Assembly: GCA_051294375.1 (NCBI GenBank)
Contig: JBJCIZ010000353.1
Span: forward strand, 1-57,076
Length of the DNA stretch: 57,076 bases
Source: Paraspadella gotoi
Taxonomy: Eukaryota; Animalia; Chaetognatha
Reading direction: 5' to 3'
A program made the position numbers and the translations under genes. This document shows, piece by piece, positions 12,679-26,560 of this stretch. How positions within the stretch are numbered: position 1 is the stretch's first letter; each line of letters starts with the position of its first letter. The notes under the pieces are model-generated. The model did not search any database. It saw nothing but the letters and a program-made list of their open reading frames with translations, and was not told the DNA's origin.

Positions 12679-14522
12679 TAGGGAGATCAGGAGAGAAAAA
12701 TAGCGATGATAGATGAAGATGATGATGAATGAAGAAAGTATTTACGGAGATGATTCTGATCGAGTAGCGAAGAATGAAGACGATGATGATGATGAGATGA
12801 TGATAGAAAAGATGGACGGTGATTTTTATTGGAACAATTAGTCCGCGAGGTTGAGAAAGAGATGAAACGGGTCTTGCGAAGTGCAAATCATATATGCAGA
12901 ATCCAGATTTCTTGACACTTATAAATATCTCCCATCGTCTTTGATTCAATATACAATTAACTAATAAAGACGTGTTTAAATATTTGTGTAGCCGAGTGTC
13001 GGTACGAAAGGAGAAAACCCCGGTTTGAGTTTTGTGCAAATTGCGAGGGAAAAAAAGATCCTAGAGACGTTTATGCTTCTATTTTTCGGTTTTTTGAAGA
13101 TAATGGATATGACAAAAAAATTGTTTAATTTAATTAATACTGGGAAAATGGCTTTCTGCTACGCACTACAATGAGTTTAAGTAGAGCTCAACAATTAAGC
13201 TTCCGCCTAAGAGCTTTTTTTTAATAGTATTACTATCAAGAAATCTCTGAGAGGCATACGCCATTGCTTTGGAAATTTTTGAAAAGTTTCAAAATTGAAA
13301 ATCTGGCATGCTTTACAAAATCTTATTGTTGTCTCGATACAATGTTTTTTGGAAAATGGATTTCAAATTTTTCGCCGGTGCTGTTAGAAAGAATATCAAT
13401 TAGATATCTGTCATTTCTTGAACCCTACTTTCCGTTTTAGGTGGAGAAACTCGAGTGAATGAATGAAATGAATGAAACAGTAATCTTGAATGATCCTCTT
13501 CCTCGTCCCGCCGCTCTCTCTCTCTCGTCTCTCTTTTTAACCTTCGCCTCCGCTTTTTTTTAGTTTTCAAAATTGTTGAAAATGACCAAATGACGAACTT
13601 CATCTATTCAGCGAAAAAAGAAAGTCATATTTATTTTGCTTTTATGAGTTAAAAAAAGTTTTTTTAAGTTTCTATTCGTTTCGAAAAAAAACAACAAAAA
13701 AAACATTTTTTCTTAAAAAAAATATTTTTTTTAGTCTATGTTGCGTGGTTGGCTTGGCGCGGGCGTCTCTAATCGGATGATTACGCTATTTCGACGGAAG
13801 CCGGGCATTTGAGAACTCGACACGGGCCGAAATTTGACAGCCTATTGGGACTTCACAAATTTGTAATTGTTTTTTTTTACAGAGGTTATCTAATTATTCA
13901 TTTTTTCATGTTCATTAACCTTATTATTATCATTAATATTATTAGGTATGGCAATGTGTCAATCCGAATATTTACCCCACTGGAGTTATGTTTTATGCTT
14001 ATTCTCAGAAGGATCGATGCTTATTTCTCGACATCGTGGAGGGCTGACGTGCATCTCGAGTTGGACCGGCCGCGAATCTCGCGGGTGAGTTTTTTTTTTA
14101 TAAAGGGGTGAAGGTTTTAGTCTCGACTCGGCTAGATGTCGCGAGAGAGTCGATGATAGAACAAAAGATTTTTTTCGATCGTTTAAATTTATATACATGG
14201 TACAATTTTTTACTGTTGGCGTTGCGTAACCTATAGTTTCATTTCGAAATTAAAATAACTGTTCCCGAATAACAAGTAAAATATTTTTGAGCATGTATCC
14301 TCCATTGACGCAGAAAAAGAAAGATAGAGAAAGAGAATTGAGTATTTTTCAACTTTTTTTGCGCCATGTAAATATAAAAAAACGTTAATATTACCCCTAG
14401 ACTTGATCGCGGAATTTTTGGCGAAAAAGATCATTATTTTATTTACCTATAGAAAACCTTAGCCACGGTTCTTGAATGATTAGGATTAATTGGAACGAAT
14501 AGTATTCGGTTTTATTCTTTCG
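12679..14522 (+). repeat. Degenerate copy of the pPolB middle part, bridging 23170-24000 and 45008-45783
   Basis: 12679-13530 matches 23170-24000, and 13725-14522 matches 45008-45783. It contains the linking exon (about 13564-13645, approximately SFQNxLKMTKYELHLFSEKESHIYFAF). Confidence 0.9.
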
Positions 14523-14538
14523 TCATCCTAGACAAAAT

Positions 14539-15217
14539 ATGGAAGGCAATGAACCCTTAGATTTAAGCGCTAAGAAAAAAGAAAGAAAGAAAAGAAAAAA
14601 TGACTCTGACATCGAATTCGATTCGACGGTTGGCTCGACCTCGACAAACATTTTTCAAGGATCGAGTCGCAGCGATAGCCTCAGCAGCCGCGAAGGCATC
14701 GACGAGCTTAATGTTGGCAGCTGCGAGAGTCAAGGGACTTCGGCCCAGTTTTGGGCCTTGCCCGGATTAAAAAAAAAAAAAACGATGGTTCAGCGCGGAA
14801 AGGGGATGAGTGAGATAAACAAAGATAAAGGCAAAGAAAAGAAAGAAAAAGTAGAAGAAAGAGAAGAAAAAGAAAAAGAGGCGGAGGATAATAATAAATT
14901 GTTTTTTGAGAATTTTGATATAGTATCTAAAAAATTTAAAAAAAATATTATTCAAAGCATCGAATTAAGATTTAAGAATAATGAAGAGAATTCATCAATT
15001 TTGGGAGATTATGAATTTCAATTGTTAAATTTAAAGAATCAGATAAAAATATTGTTAAAAAAGTTTTTGGATAAATATTTAACCATCAAATATCATCTAA
15101 CTTTTTTGGTTCGTTTTCGAAAAACTAACTCAAGTACTGGCGAGGTTAGTCACGTGGCTTTTTATTTTGAAAACCCAAGTCGCTTGTTATATCAAGGATC
15201 AAACTTGGACGAAAGTC
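14539..15217 (+). CDS. pPolB extreme N-terminus (cleanest copy), cut by the gap
   Basis: MEGNEPLDLSAKKKERKKRK...VAFYFENPSRLLYQGSNLDES joins in sequence to QGSNLDESLEKTMS of ORF 2726-4384. Confidence 0.88.
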
Positions 15218-15242
15218 NNNNNNNNNNNNNNNNNNNNNNNNN
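15218..15242. other. Assembly gap (25 N)
   Basis: Run of N. Confidence 1.
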
Positions 15243-18200
15243 AGAAGAGAAAGACAAATACAAAACAATGAATAGAACTCTATTTGTTTTTTTTATCATA
15301 AAGAAAAAACAACATTTTTTGGTATTTCATATTTCATATTTATAAAATAAAAATCTGGGTAGTTAATTATATACACTAATAATGCAAGAACTTACTTTTT
15401 TGAAGTCGTAGTTTTTTATGAAGTGGTCTGTAAAATGATGCAACTTTTGACGGTATTTAATTGACCAAGTAAGAGAATAGAAGAAGACAAAAGAACAAAA
15501 TAAAATGCATTTTATTAATAATGGTGAAGAAAAAAATGAGCAGAGAGAAGAGACGAGAGAAGTAGAAGAAAAAAAAGCTAGGTTAAGTTAGTGAAAAAGA
15601 CAGGAAGGAAGAAGGACCCCGTGAACAAGCGCAAAGTAGCAAACAAATAAATGAATAAACATTTCACAATCGAATTGAACTTAAAAATTATTAAAAAACA
15701 TTGGAAACTCTCTTATCATATTTTGCTGTGTGATGATCGTTCGCTCACGTCGGCGTGGTGACCTCGGGGAAGCCTTCCTCTTCGCTTCTGCTGCTCTGCG
15801 TGCCAGTTATTGCGCAAGCTTTATGCTCTGTTTTATCCTCGCCTTTTCTCGCTATGTCCGATCTCGGTCCGTCTTTTCCAGCCCACAGTTTGTATAAAAC
15901 TTACTCGTCACGGCTCTCGCTTGGACGTCAGAGAGGTCTTGAGTCAGTTGCTGCAATTCGTGCATGTGTGGAGTGCTCTGGTTTGAACGCACCCAGTCTA
16001 TTCGGAGCGTGTTTCGCAATTCCAACCTCCACACCATTTATAGTAAGTAGACAGAGATTTCAACTTGAAACAAAACGTGGAATTCATACAATCATGACAA
16101 GAGCAAACGGTGTCAGAAATTACAGACAGAAGAATCAGTACAGAATGGTCACTATTTATAGTGAATCAATCGATCGCAGCATTGGGCTCGGTTTCCCGGA
16201 TCGTCATGCAGCGTCTTCTCATTGGTTGATACGGACAGAATGATTCTACATCGGCGAGTCACTGTAGATTCATTCGAGTCGCGGACCCGATTCAATTCTT
16301 GGTTCTGATTCCATTGAAATGAAGATATGACGAAAAGACCTCTATCTCTAAATTCATCCTTGTTATTATTTAATAATAAAAAAAAATAGAAAAGAAACTC
16401 TTTTTTAGATAATTTAACTTATGTTTAACAAATAATTCTTATAAACGTAGTAAACTGTCATGAGACAAATCATTACGTTTGACTGACGTAAATGATTTTA
16501 TTTTAAGCGAATGAACGGAAGTCAAAGGAGTATCTTACTTATTTATTAATAATAACTAACAAAGATAATATAAAAAAAGAAATAATGAGTATTAATATTA
16601 GTTATATTAGAAATAAATAAGGAAAAATCATGAGAGTGAAAGACAAATAGCCAAAAAAATAAAAGAGACAAAAGACCAAAGAAGAATGTAAGCCTTTTTT
16701 ATTTTTTTGTTTTTCAGATCTTTCCCGAGGCAAAAATTTTTTTTGTCATGTCGTTGTTGTTGTTAATGCACTTATCGATTAAATAGTAAAAGTTTATTTG
16801 AATTGATAAGGATTGATTCACACATTTGCCGGGTGCTAACACTCCCACACTAGGACCTAGCTGCCATCCATATCATATACAGAGTAATAAACTAAATCAA
16901 TTTTCATTAGCTCTATTCCTAGCGGCACCGACAAAATACTTTTTTTACCTTCAAAATGAACGGAAACACATTTGCATTTGTAACATCGCCATTTAGTTTT
17001 CATAGACTAATAACGTCTGCAATGAATTGCGTTCAAGTTTTAAGGTTAATCTGATAAATATATAAAAATTTATTTTTTTTGAATAACTTATAATTATATT
17101 ATAACTGTTTTGCAGGACATTTATGATTGCTAAGGAATGCATTGATAAATACAACATCTACTTCACGGACCTAATATCTTTAGTGGTCCCTTGTAAAACT
17201 ACCTTTTGAAAATGGTGTGTAAAAAACTGCTGGCAGTTTTGTCTATCAATACTGAAGTTTATATCACGAATTGGAATTCTCAGAGTATAATCGCCCAGTT
17301 AAAAAAAGAGAATAAAGAATTTGAGGTATTATACAACAATTTATTATACTAATTGATAGCGTTACAATTATTATTTTGTTATATTATTTTTAGAAATTAT
17401 TTATCTTTAAAGAAAAAATTGGAAAGATTATTCTTAACGACAAAAAAGAAAAAGACAGATCAGTTTGCAAAAGACGCTATCGCCGAGAAAAGGAATGCAA
17501 TAAAGATATTCTAACAAAAGGTAAGAAAAAGTTATATCGACAAGGTTTTATGTTTAAACCTTTAAAAAAAAATCTCTTGTTGTTTTATTTTATTTTATTT
17601 TTTTTATTTATTTATTTATTATATTTAAAAAAATAGCGAGTGCTAAATTATTTATAAATATATCTCTTTTTAAACATAGACGGGCCGAAGACTTGACGAG
17701 AGACGACGCTTCGAGATCGTTATCTAATTGCGGTTCGCCTTTCCTCAACTGTCGCGAGCTCATCAACCATAACACCTCAGCTTCGTCAGAGAGTCAAATC
17801 TCATCGTTAATGAAGTTAAGATGCGATTTAGGGGTTTTTTTTTAAAAATATCCAAATGAAGATAGGATTTTTTAATGTGTCTTTTAAAAAAAACCAGATA
17901 TGACAATGCTCCGTCGGGAAACACGGTGATATCTCTCACAAGCCCGTGAGGAATGCACTGAGCTAGATTAATTTTAAAATGAATTGATTAAAATTAGCTT
18001 ATAACGATTAAGAATAAGCTTTTTTTTGTTTTTTGAATTTTAGCTCCGTGATTAAAACACTTATCCACAATTATTGCTCTTGTCTGCATACAAAAAATCC
18101 GAGGATATTTCAAGTTCTCAAGGAAACGTTTTTGTCGCGGTCCTGGTTCGTGCTGGAGCGACATCGACACAAAAGCTTCTGGTCCGCTTAAGCTTATTAG

Positions 18201-21200
18201 GTCTCTCACGAAGAACGCGGCACTCGTTTGAGATGGAGGAGCTAGCGGGACTTAAAAATCAAATTTGAAAAAAACATATCTTTGGCTTATCAAGATAATT
18301 CGCAATTGCGGAATTAAATTCCAATTTCCTGAGCATTTGCTACGCTAATTAGCGTTTTTCTCCTCAAACCTCGGCCGGTTGCACAAGTGCGACGACTTCA
18401 CTAAAACCGTAATTTAACGAGGCTCATAGTAGCACATTGATTATTTCTTGTTCTCCGGTTTGCTAATGGATGTTATCTTGGACTACACAACTAGAGCCTA
18501 TTTTCTTCTCCGAATTTTTTTCAGTATTGAAATATAAAGATTAAATGAATTCGCTTTAGCCAATTTTCTTTTAAAGAAAAATCTTTTTTTTTCTTGAGAA
18601 AAAATCTAATATAGAAAATTGATTGATTGTTGATATTTTGTGGTTTTTGGAATATTTTTACTGGGAATACTTTTTATTATGCATTGATTGATGGATGTGA
18701 ATTAAATAACTGTATTTAATTTTTATTATAAAAAATGACAACTAATCATACAATTTTAACTTCTTTAATAATTCTATAATTACACAAACCTAATTAAATA
18801 TTTTTGATCAAATGAATTTATATCATCATTTTTTAGATTTTAAACAAAAAACATGGCTGAAAGATCAAGCCATTGCAGGAGGAGTTATCGGTTATATTCA
18901 ACCTTAAAAAGAAACTATTATGACGATTAAGTGTTTCAAGTGCGTTGAACTGTAGATCTCGTAACCGATTTTTTTCGAAAAAAGTTACGTACCCATGGAA
19001 AAACATTTTATGAATGTTCCAAACATGACTTAGCCTCCTGATTCACGATGAAAAGATAAACCAATAGGGAGTGCTAACGATTATGCCAGCTACGACGGCA
19101 CTACACCAACAGACGACACAGACGTTTTAGCGAATTGAGATTTCAAAAGAAACTAACCGTTACTTTGAATGAAAGAATGAGCGTAATGAAAGTACAGTAG
19201 AAAGACTCAGCTATCATGGAACAATCGAAAACAGTTTTTTAATGTGATTGACTTTGAAAACATTAAATCATTAATTTTAAAAAATTTGTTAAATTTATTA
19301 GACGGTTTTAATTACTATTTAAGTATGTATAAAAAAAAGAATTAGAACTTAAACTTAGATGTAAAGAGAAGAAGCTCAATCAAAAAGGCGTATCTTTCAC
19401 TTTTACGAAATGGGTTGAAATAATAGATTTTGCGAATTTTCTGTCAAATATAGATATATCTACCTTTTTTATCGTTAGGATTAAAACTACGCAACATCTG
19501 AGTACTAATATAATTTAATTATACCACGATATTCGTCGCATTTCTTCTTTCTATCGAAATTTATAATAAACTCTATAAAAATTAATTAAATTATTCGAAT
19601 GATATGGAAATATTATGATATTTTTGCTTTTTCTTCTTATAATACACGGACAGCACGAGAAGAAATTGTTGATTGCGTAGTGGTGAGTCTGTAGGTTCAA
19701 GATATTTAGTTTAGAGTGTGAATTCTAAAGGATGCCAAAATTTCTATCCAGAGATTGTTTTGCTATTACGAATTGATATACATCGTGTCTATGTTTCTGG
19801 ACGATGAATGTTGTGCACTGAAACCTTATACATAACGAATATTTTACATGTCTGTCAGTTTTATAGTCAACTGCTTACATTATTATCACAATATTATTCT
19901 TAACTGATCTATGTTATATCGTTTGATTTATTAACTCAATTTTAAAAAAAAATGAGTGACCACAGAAAACAACAAAACAAAAAATGATCAAGCCTCGTAG
20001 ATGATGATGATGAATTGATGACTGTAATTTTTTGAGTTAACTCAAATGACGTGCGCATGAAACGACGCAATGTCGATTTCTAAATCGAATGAATGGGAAA
20101 GAGGACGATAAGAGTGACCGGGATATTTAAAAGGAGGAGAAATGTGCGCCAAGCGTTCTGACCTTTTAAACTGTGCGAAAACTTGTTGACTTGTTTGGAA
20201 TTTGCAAACAACTTATCTCAGATCTCATCTACGTTCCAAATCCGTTCCGTAGAAAACCCATGCAATTCTTGCCGATTTGCTAGTTTTTTAACAAGTTTAT
20301 AGATAGAATTATGCATTTGAGAAAAAGAGCTTTTACAACATAACTCTTCTTCCTTATGATCTGGGGAAATGAAAAACAATTATGGTGAATGTAAAAGGTT
20401 AAAAGAGGAAAAAATATCTCTTTTATTAACCCGGATTTGCATAGACATCTTGTTCACCGTAATTACAAAATATAGTATCTTAACATACCTACAAAAGAGA
20501 TATCATCATTGTATAGTTATTTCAATTAGACATTTTTTTTAAGTTACTTTTAATTAAATTTTGAGATATATGTGTGAGATTTTCATCATAAATAGTTTTT
20601 AAAATTGGTTAATTATTTTAAGACGTGCAGACTGTTTACACACGATAAATAATTATAATTTCAGTAATTGATCTATCAGAAATAAATGATATGCAGAAAA
20701 TTAACTGTTCCTGTTTATGTTCTATCAAGTTAAAAATTTTCTTCTTTATTTCCAAGAGAGCGAGAAAAAAAAATAACATTGAATTAATACGAAATTATTT
20801 TTCTTCACTTTTATTTGTTTTATAAAATACTTTTTCTAATAATCTGACAAAAATATGGAAAAGGCAATGACCCTTAGATTTAAGCGCTCAAGAAAAAAGA
20901 AAGCAAAGGAAAAAGAAAAATGACCTCTGACCACTCGAACTTCCGATTGCACGGTTGGCTCTCTGACATCTGAATTTTATAGGACTAGATTCGAGCATGA
21001 GACACCCTCAGCGACCGCGACGAAGGCATCGACGAGCTTAATGTTGGCAGCTGACAGAGAGTCAAGGGGACTTTCGGCCCGTTTTGGCCTTGCCCGCGAT
21101 TTAAAAAAAAAAACGATGGTTCAAGCGCGAAAGTGGATGAGTGAATAACAACGTAGATAAAAGGCAAACGAAGAAAAAGAAAGTAGAAAGCAAGAGAGAA

Positions 21201-23160
21201 AAGAAAAAGAGGCGTGGAGGATAATAATAAATTGTTTTTTTAGAATTTTGATATAGATTAAAATTTTAAAAAAATATTTATTCAAACATCGAATTAAGAT
21301 TTAACGAATAATGAAGAGGATGATCATTCTCAACAATTTTGGCGAGATTACTGAATTTTCAATTGTTATTTAACCGATCAGAATAAAATTGTTAAAAAAA
21401 GTATTTGGAAAATATTCAATGAATATATCTAACCTATAATATTATTGAGTTCTGTTGTCGAAAAAAACTACTCACGTGACTCAGGCAGTTGATCACGTGG
21501 CTTTTTAATTTTGACAACCCCGAGTCGCTTGCTTATTATCAAGGATTCAAACTTGACGCAAAGTCATTGAAGAAAAACCAATGTCTCGAGTCCTACGACT
21601 TATTTGACGCAAGATAATCTCCTATGCCCGGGCAGCATATTTAGTTCTCTTTCTATATTAAAACGGTTTACTATCATTAAAGTGGCGACTCAGGAAAGTT
21701 CTGATTGGTTGTTTTAAGTTACGAATCCCTTATTCTCGCTAAACAGGCAAGATTAACGTATAATGAAGACGATAAAGAAAGCTGCGTTTTAATCTATTTA
21801 GCGGATGTTTCCATACTAAAATAGTTCTTACAATAAAACAGAAAGAGTTTATAATCCGTTTATTTACCGCAGTTAGAAATGGTCATCTTGACTACCCTTG
21901 AAACTATCGAGTGACAATGTTGGAGCTTTGAAATCGACAATCTTGCCGTTGGAATTAATCTTTTCATACACTAAAACAGAAATAAAACAGAAAGAAGAAA
22001 GAAAAAAAAGAAGAAAAGAAAGTCGCTCGCAAATGATTTTTCTTTTCACCTATCCGAATCTCTAGAAGAAATGAGAACTCCGGAATATACTATCGTCTAA
22101 ATCTTCTATGTTTGCTCCCATTGTAAAACGGAGACAAAAATTAACTCACAGTTTACTACTAACAAATCATCGCTCGTCTCTGCACGTCTCATACCTACTC
22201 GCGAATAGTCAACTAAGTTCTATTAGTTTGTTTCATTTATTGCTGATGGTTTTTCCTAAAACCGCCAAGAATCTACTCCAAAAATCATAACGTTATGCTT
22301 AGGAAACAGACTTCGCAGCAAGCTATTTAATTTTTCACCGAAAATTCTACTTTGTCTTTTAAATCGTTTGAAGCGAAACTGTACACAGCAGATCATCGTT
22401 TTGCCGTATGTTAGACGAGAGAGGATGCAAAAGCTTATTGTTTCTCCCCAACCGATACCTGCTTAAAAATCATGCCCCGTATTGAATTAAGAAAGTTTCT
22501 TGCTCAAAACTTTGGAGAAATTGTCACGACGAATGTAAGCTGTAGCTTTGTAAAACACCATGTTTTCCCTAACTGTTTGCCTCTCGCCTTCAAAGCGAGT
22601 GTAGCTAAATCCTATCGCCCTATTCTTACAGAGTTTCGCAACCTTTGTCTCACCGATTTTAATCAGTTCGGCTACTTATTTTGGAAAAATTAATTCGGCT
22701 ACAACACTTTTGCAATGCTATGAGCAAATAGAAATGCACAATATTACCACGTCTTTATATTGCATAATCCATACTCTGTTGCACAATGACCGATGCGGGA
22801 GATCATGAGAGATGCTTTTCCAAGCACACTCATTTATTCTATCTGCAGATAAGCCTTTTACCAATCAGACGCCGTTTGTACGGATCATGATCACTTCTTA
22901 CCTCACGCCTTCTCAATCTCATATATAGAGGGGTAAAAAATGTTCGCGTCAGTAATTAAAATATTTTGAGGTAAAGTAATACCAAATCTTACTTACATAA
23001 GTCCGCATAAATTGACGAGCATCCCTAATTATTCAGGACGGCACTTAACTACTGCACACGGAGCTTAAACAAAAACTAATATTCACTTTTATCTAAAAGT
23101 CTCAAGAAATAATTACCTTTTGAAAACTATCCTGGCGTTGTGTTTACTGCCAAAATAAAT
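15243..23160 (+). repeat. Degenerate copy 3: upstream region, RING gene (about 16956-18500), ORF-A, ORF-B and pPolB N-terminal half
   Basis: Collinear with 7810-10750 followed by 1-4345, with many single-base insertions. Confidence 0.92.
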
Positions 23161-23917
23161 ATCTGAAAAAGGGAGATCGAGAGAAAAATAGCGATGATGA
23201 TGATGATGATGATGATGAAGAAAGTATTTACGGAGATGATTCTGAATCGAGTAGCGAAGATGAAGACGATGATGATGATGATGATGATGATGATAAAGAA
23301 GATGAAGGTGATTTATTGGAACAATTAGTCCGCGAGGTTGAGAAAGATGAAAACGGGTCTTGCGAGTGCAAATATATATGCAAATCCAGATTTCTTGACA
23401 CTTATAAATATCTCCCATCGTCTTTGGATTCAATAATACAATTAACTAATAAAGACGTGTTTAAATATTTGTGCACCGAGTGTCGGTACGAAGGAGAAAA
23501 CCCGGTTGAGTTTTGTGCAAATTGCGAGGGAAAAAAAGATCCTAGAGACGTTTATGCTTCTATTTTTCGGTTTTTTGAAGATAATGGATATGACAAAAAA
23601 TTGTTTAATTTAATTAATACTGGGAAAATGGCCTTCTGCTACGACTACATGAGTTTAAGTAGAGCTCACGAAATTAAGCTTCCGCCTAAAGAAGCTTTTT
23701 TTAATAGTATTACTAATCAAGAAATCTCTGACGAGGCATACGCCAATGCTTTGGAAATTTTTGAAAAGTTTCAAATTGAAAATCTGGCATGCTTTACAAA
23801 TCTCTATTGTTGTCTCGATACAATGTTTTTGGAAAATGGATTTCAAATGTTTCGCCGGTGCTGTTACGAAGAATATCAATTAGATATCTGTCATTTCTTG
23901 ACCCTACCTTCGTTTAG
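23160..23917 (+). CDS. pPolB exonuclease C-terminal part (end of the long first exon)
   Basis: Asp/Glu tract, then RFLDTYKYLPSSLD, GKMAFCYDYM, LPPKEAFFNSI, ExoIII LYCCLDTMFL and LDICHFLTLPSF, followed by the donor AG|gtgaga at 23917/23918. Confidence 0.92.
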
Positions 23918-25694
23918 GTGAGAACTCGAGTGAATGAATGAATGAATGAAACAGAATCTTGATGATCCTCTTCCCTCGTCCCGCCGCTCTCTCTCTCTCT
24001 CTCTCCCGCAGTTACAAACAAAGTTCAAAAAGTACTTTATTCTATATTTGTTATAATTATATTCTTTACATTTATATTACTCCCGCAGGCTAATGACGAA
24101 TAGCCCTCAAAAATATTGAGTGATTCCCTTGCAAAGGCTTAATTTATTTCTATAAAATTGTATTCCCGCATACCATCACTTTCCCAACCATATTCAAATT
24201 TCAATTAATTCGCCTGTTATTCATGATTACATTTATTTTTTGCCATTTTTGAAGACTAGCGGTCTCTCGAGAACGCACCAAATTGCAGTGTTGTAGCTAA
24301 ATCTCGAAGATGCTTAAAAAAAAATTGCACCATGCGCTCATCGACAATTGTGCACAATAACATTCGCAGGACACGCCAGCACATTAAAATTAGGTTTAAA
24401 TGACAAATATAATAAAGATTGCAGAAACACCTCGCATAAACAACAGCGAAGATCTAAAAAATAACGAAGGTTCGGCGAGAGTCGGGGGAGGGGATCCCAG
24501 CACCCATGACAAAACAGGGGGTGTAGGTTGTCGACTCCGGATGATGATCTGGGACATCGCGGAACGTCGAAGATCAATCAATCGACTCGTCGCGTATTTT
24601 TGGACGAGCAGGACGAATTACGGAAAACCGTGGGGGGGGAGAGCCGAGAAGGGACGATAGGACGAGGTGAGGACAAAAAAAAACCATTCTTTTCTCCTTT
24701 CCTTCATTCCACTCTTCTTCTTTCAACTCTGTCTCTTATTCTTTTTCCCCCCTTCCCCTTGCTTTCATCCTTCTATTTCAATTAATCGACCTCAATATTT
24801 CCCCCTTTTCGTAAATATTGGTTTTTTATTAGTCCTCGTTATTCTTGTCTTCAATCCATTCTCACTTTATTTACTTAACTTTTCTTCGTTTCTTACTAAT
24901 CAGGATTCTGTTTCCTTACTCTTATATATTTTTAACAAGATTCTTCTTCCTCATTTCGAAACTATTTTCAAACTGTTCCTTTGTCTTTTTCCCCAACTCT
25001 TTCACTCATGTCCTCAATTCCTGCGTTTTAACCTGAACCCGCTTCATCTTCATCCCTTTTTTCTTTCTCTTCTTTTCTCTCCTCATCTTTATCCAATTCT
25101 CACACCGTTCCTTTTTATTCTTTCTTCTAAAACTCTTCTCAAACTCCGTGTCCCTCTTTCGCCTTAATACCTCACCAAACTTTTCCATTTTTAGTTGCGG
25201 AAAGAGGACTCCTATAAGTTACTTTTCGGTCGGTCGGTCGGGTCTGACCGGAATCCTGTCTCGACCCGGTTGGATATGTCTGTACCGTCGATCTGTTTTC
25301 ACTTTACATTAAAAAATGTCATAACTTGCCTATTAGCTGGATTGCTCATAGCGCCGCTTCTGGAAATAGAAATCCTGTAAAATAAAATATCGTTGTATAT
25401 AAAAAACAAAAAATCTTCTTCAACTTGTGAAATTAAAAGACCAAAATTACCAATGCCGAAGTGAGAAAGTCACTATGCGAACCTACGTAACACAATGGAT
25501 GGAACACGATCTTATTATTAAAAACTACAGTTCGATAACTTCCTATGAAAAAAAATAAAATCAACATTTATTCTCCTACGTTCGTTAAATTCAGGTCGAA
25601 TCGATCACAATCAACCATTTCACACTTCTCACTCATCGCCCTACCCTTTCACTCTCTCCCCTCACCGTCACCACCCATCCCTCACCCAACACCC

Positions 25695-26113
25695 ACTGAG
25701 AAAGCTTGTATAGAGAGACCTCCAGGTTAACTCCCGCTCTTCTCCGGAATCCCACCATCCGACCTTACACTGAACAATGTATAGAGAGACCTCCAGGTTA
25801 AACTCCCGCTCTTCTCCGAACGACCCACAATCGCCGTACATGAGAAAGCTGTATAGAGAGACCTCCAGCGTTTAAACTCCTGCTCATTCTCCACCCACCA
25901 ATTCGCCTAACTGAGAAAGACTGTGTTATGAGAGACGTCCAGGTAATAAAACTCCGCTCTTCTCCGGGACCCACCAATCGCCTACACTGAGAAAGCTTTG
26001 TATAGAGAGACCTCCAGGTTTAAACTCCCGCTTCTTCTCCGGAAACCCACCAATTCGCCTTACACTGAAAAGCTGTGTATAGAAGAACCTCCAGGTTAAA
26101 CTCCCGCTCTTCT
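25695..26113 (+). repeat. Tandem repeat (minisatellite), about 6 copies of a roughly 72-nt unit
   Basis: Unit approximately ACTGAGAAAGCTTGTATAGAGAGACCTCCAGGTTAAACTCCCGCTCTTCTCCGGAACCCACCAATCGCCTTAC, starting near 25695, 25769, 25840, 25910, 25986 and 26064. Confidence 0.93.
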
Positions 26114-26169
26114 CTTTCTTTCACTCATTACAGCTTTGTTTGTATTTTATTTCGATGAACAAGATTCAT

Positions 26170-26560
26170 TTCGTGTAATGAATGACGTATCATAAAAGCA
26201 TCAATGAATGGATTATCATCATAAACAATGGAAATAAGACTATCATTCGCATTCAATCATTTATTGAAGTTATCAAAAACGCACAATTATTGGTTTTATT
26301 CCAAAAGTTATCTCGCGTCAATTTTGGTCTCTTTATTTTTTTATTTTCATTTATTAATTCTCTTCTCGTCAGGCGAGATCCTATTCTTTAAGAGAGAAGT
26401 AGAACAAAAACCGCTTAGAAAAGGATCTGTTGAAAACATTAGTCCGGTTTAAGTCAGCATACTGTAGAACGGGGGTTCCGATCCAACACCACTTTGTCTT
26501 TTTATTTTCTCTCTCGCTATCTCTCTCTTCTTTGATTTCTCTCGCTATTCTCTCTCTCTC
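26170..26560 (+). repeat. Segment similar to about 5225-5570; candidate inner part of the terminal inverted repeat
   Basis: Shared string approximately AAAACCGC..AGAAA.GGAT..TGTTGAAAA....GTCCGG.TTAAGTCA.CATAC...CACTTTGTCTTT...CTCTCGCTAT at 5403-5518 and 26406-26520. Confidence 0.55.

Noticed and set aside
24005-25690. Short ORFs, including the hydrophobic 166-aa ORF at 24667-25167
   Set aside because: Pyrimidine-rich low-complexity DNA yields Phe/Leu-rich pseudo-proteins; probably flanking host or poor-quality sequence.
25695-26113. CRISPR-like array
   Set aside because: Units are head-to-tail with no unique spacers, there are no cas genes, and the context is eukaryotic.
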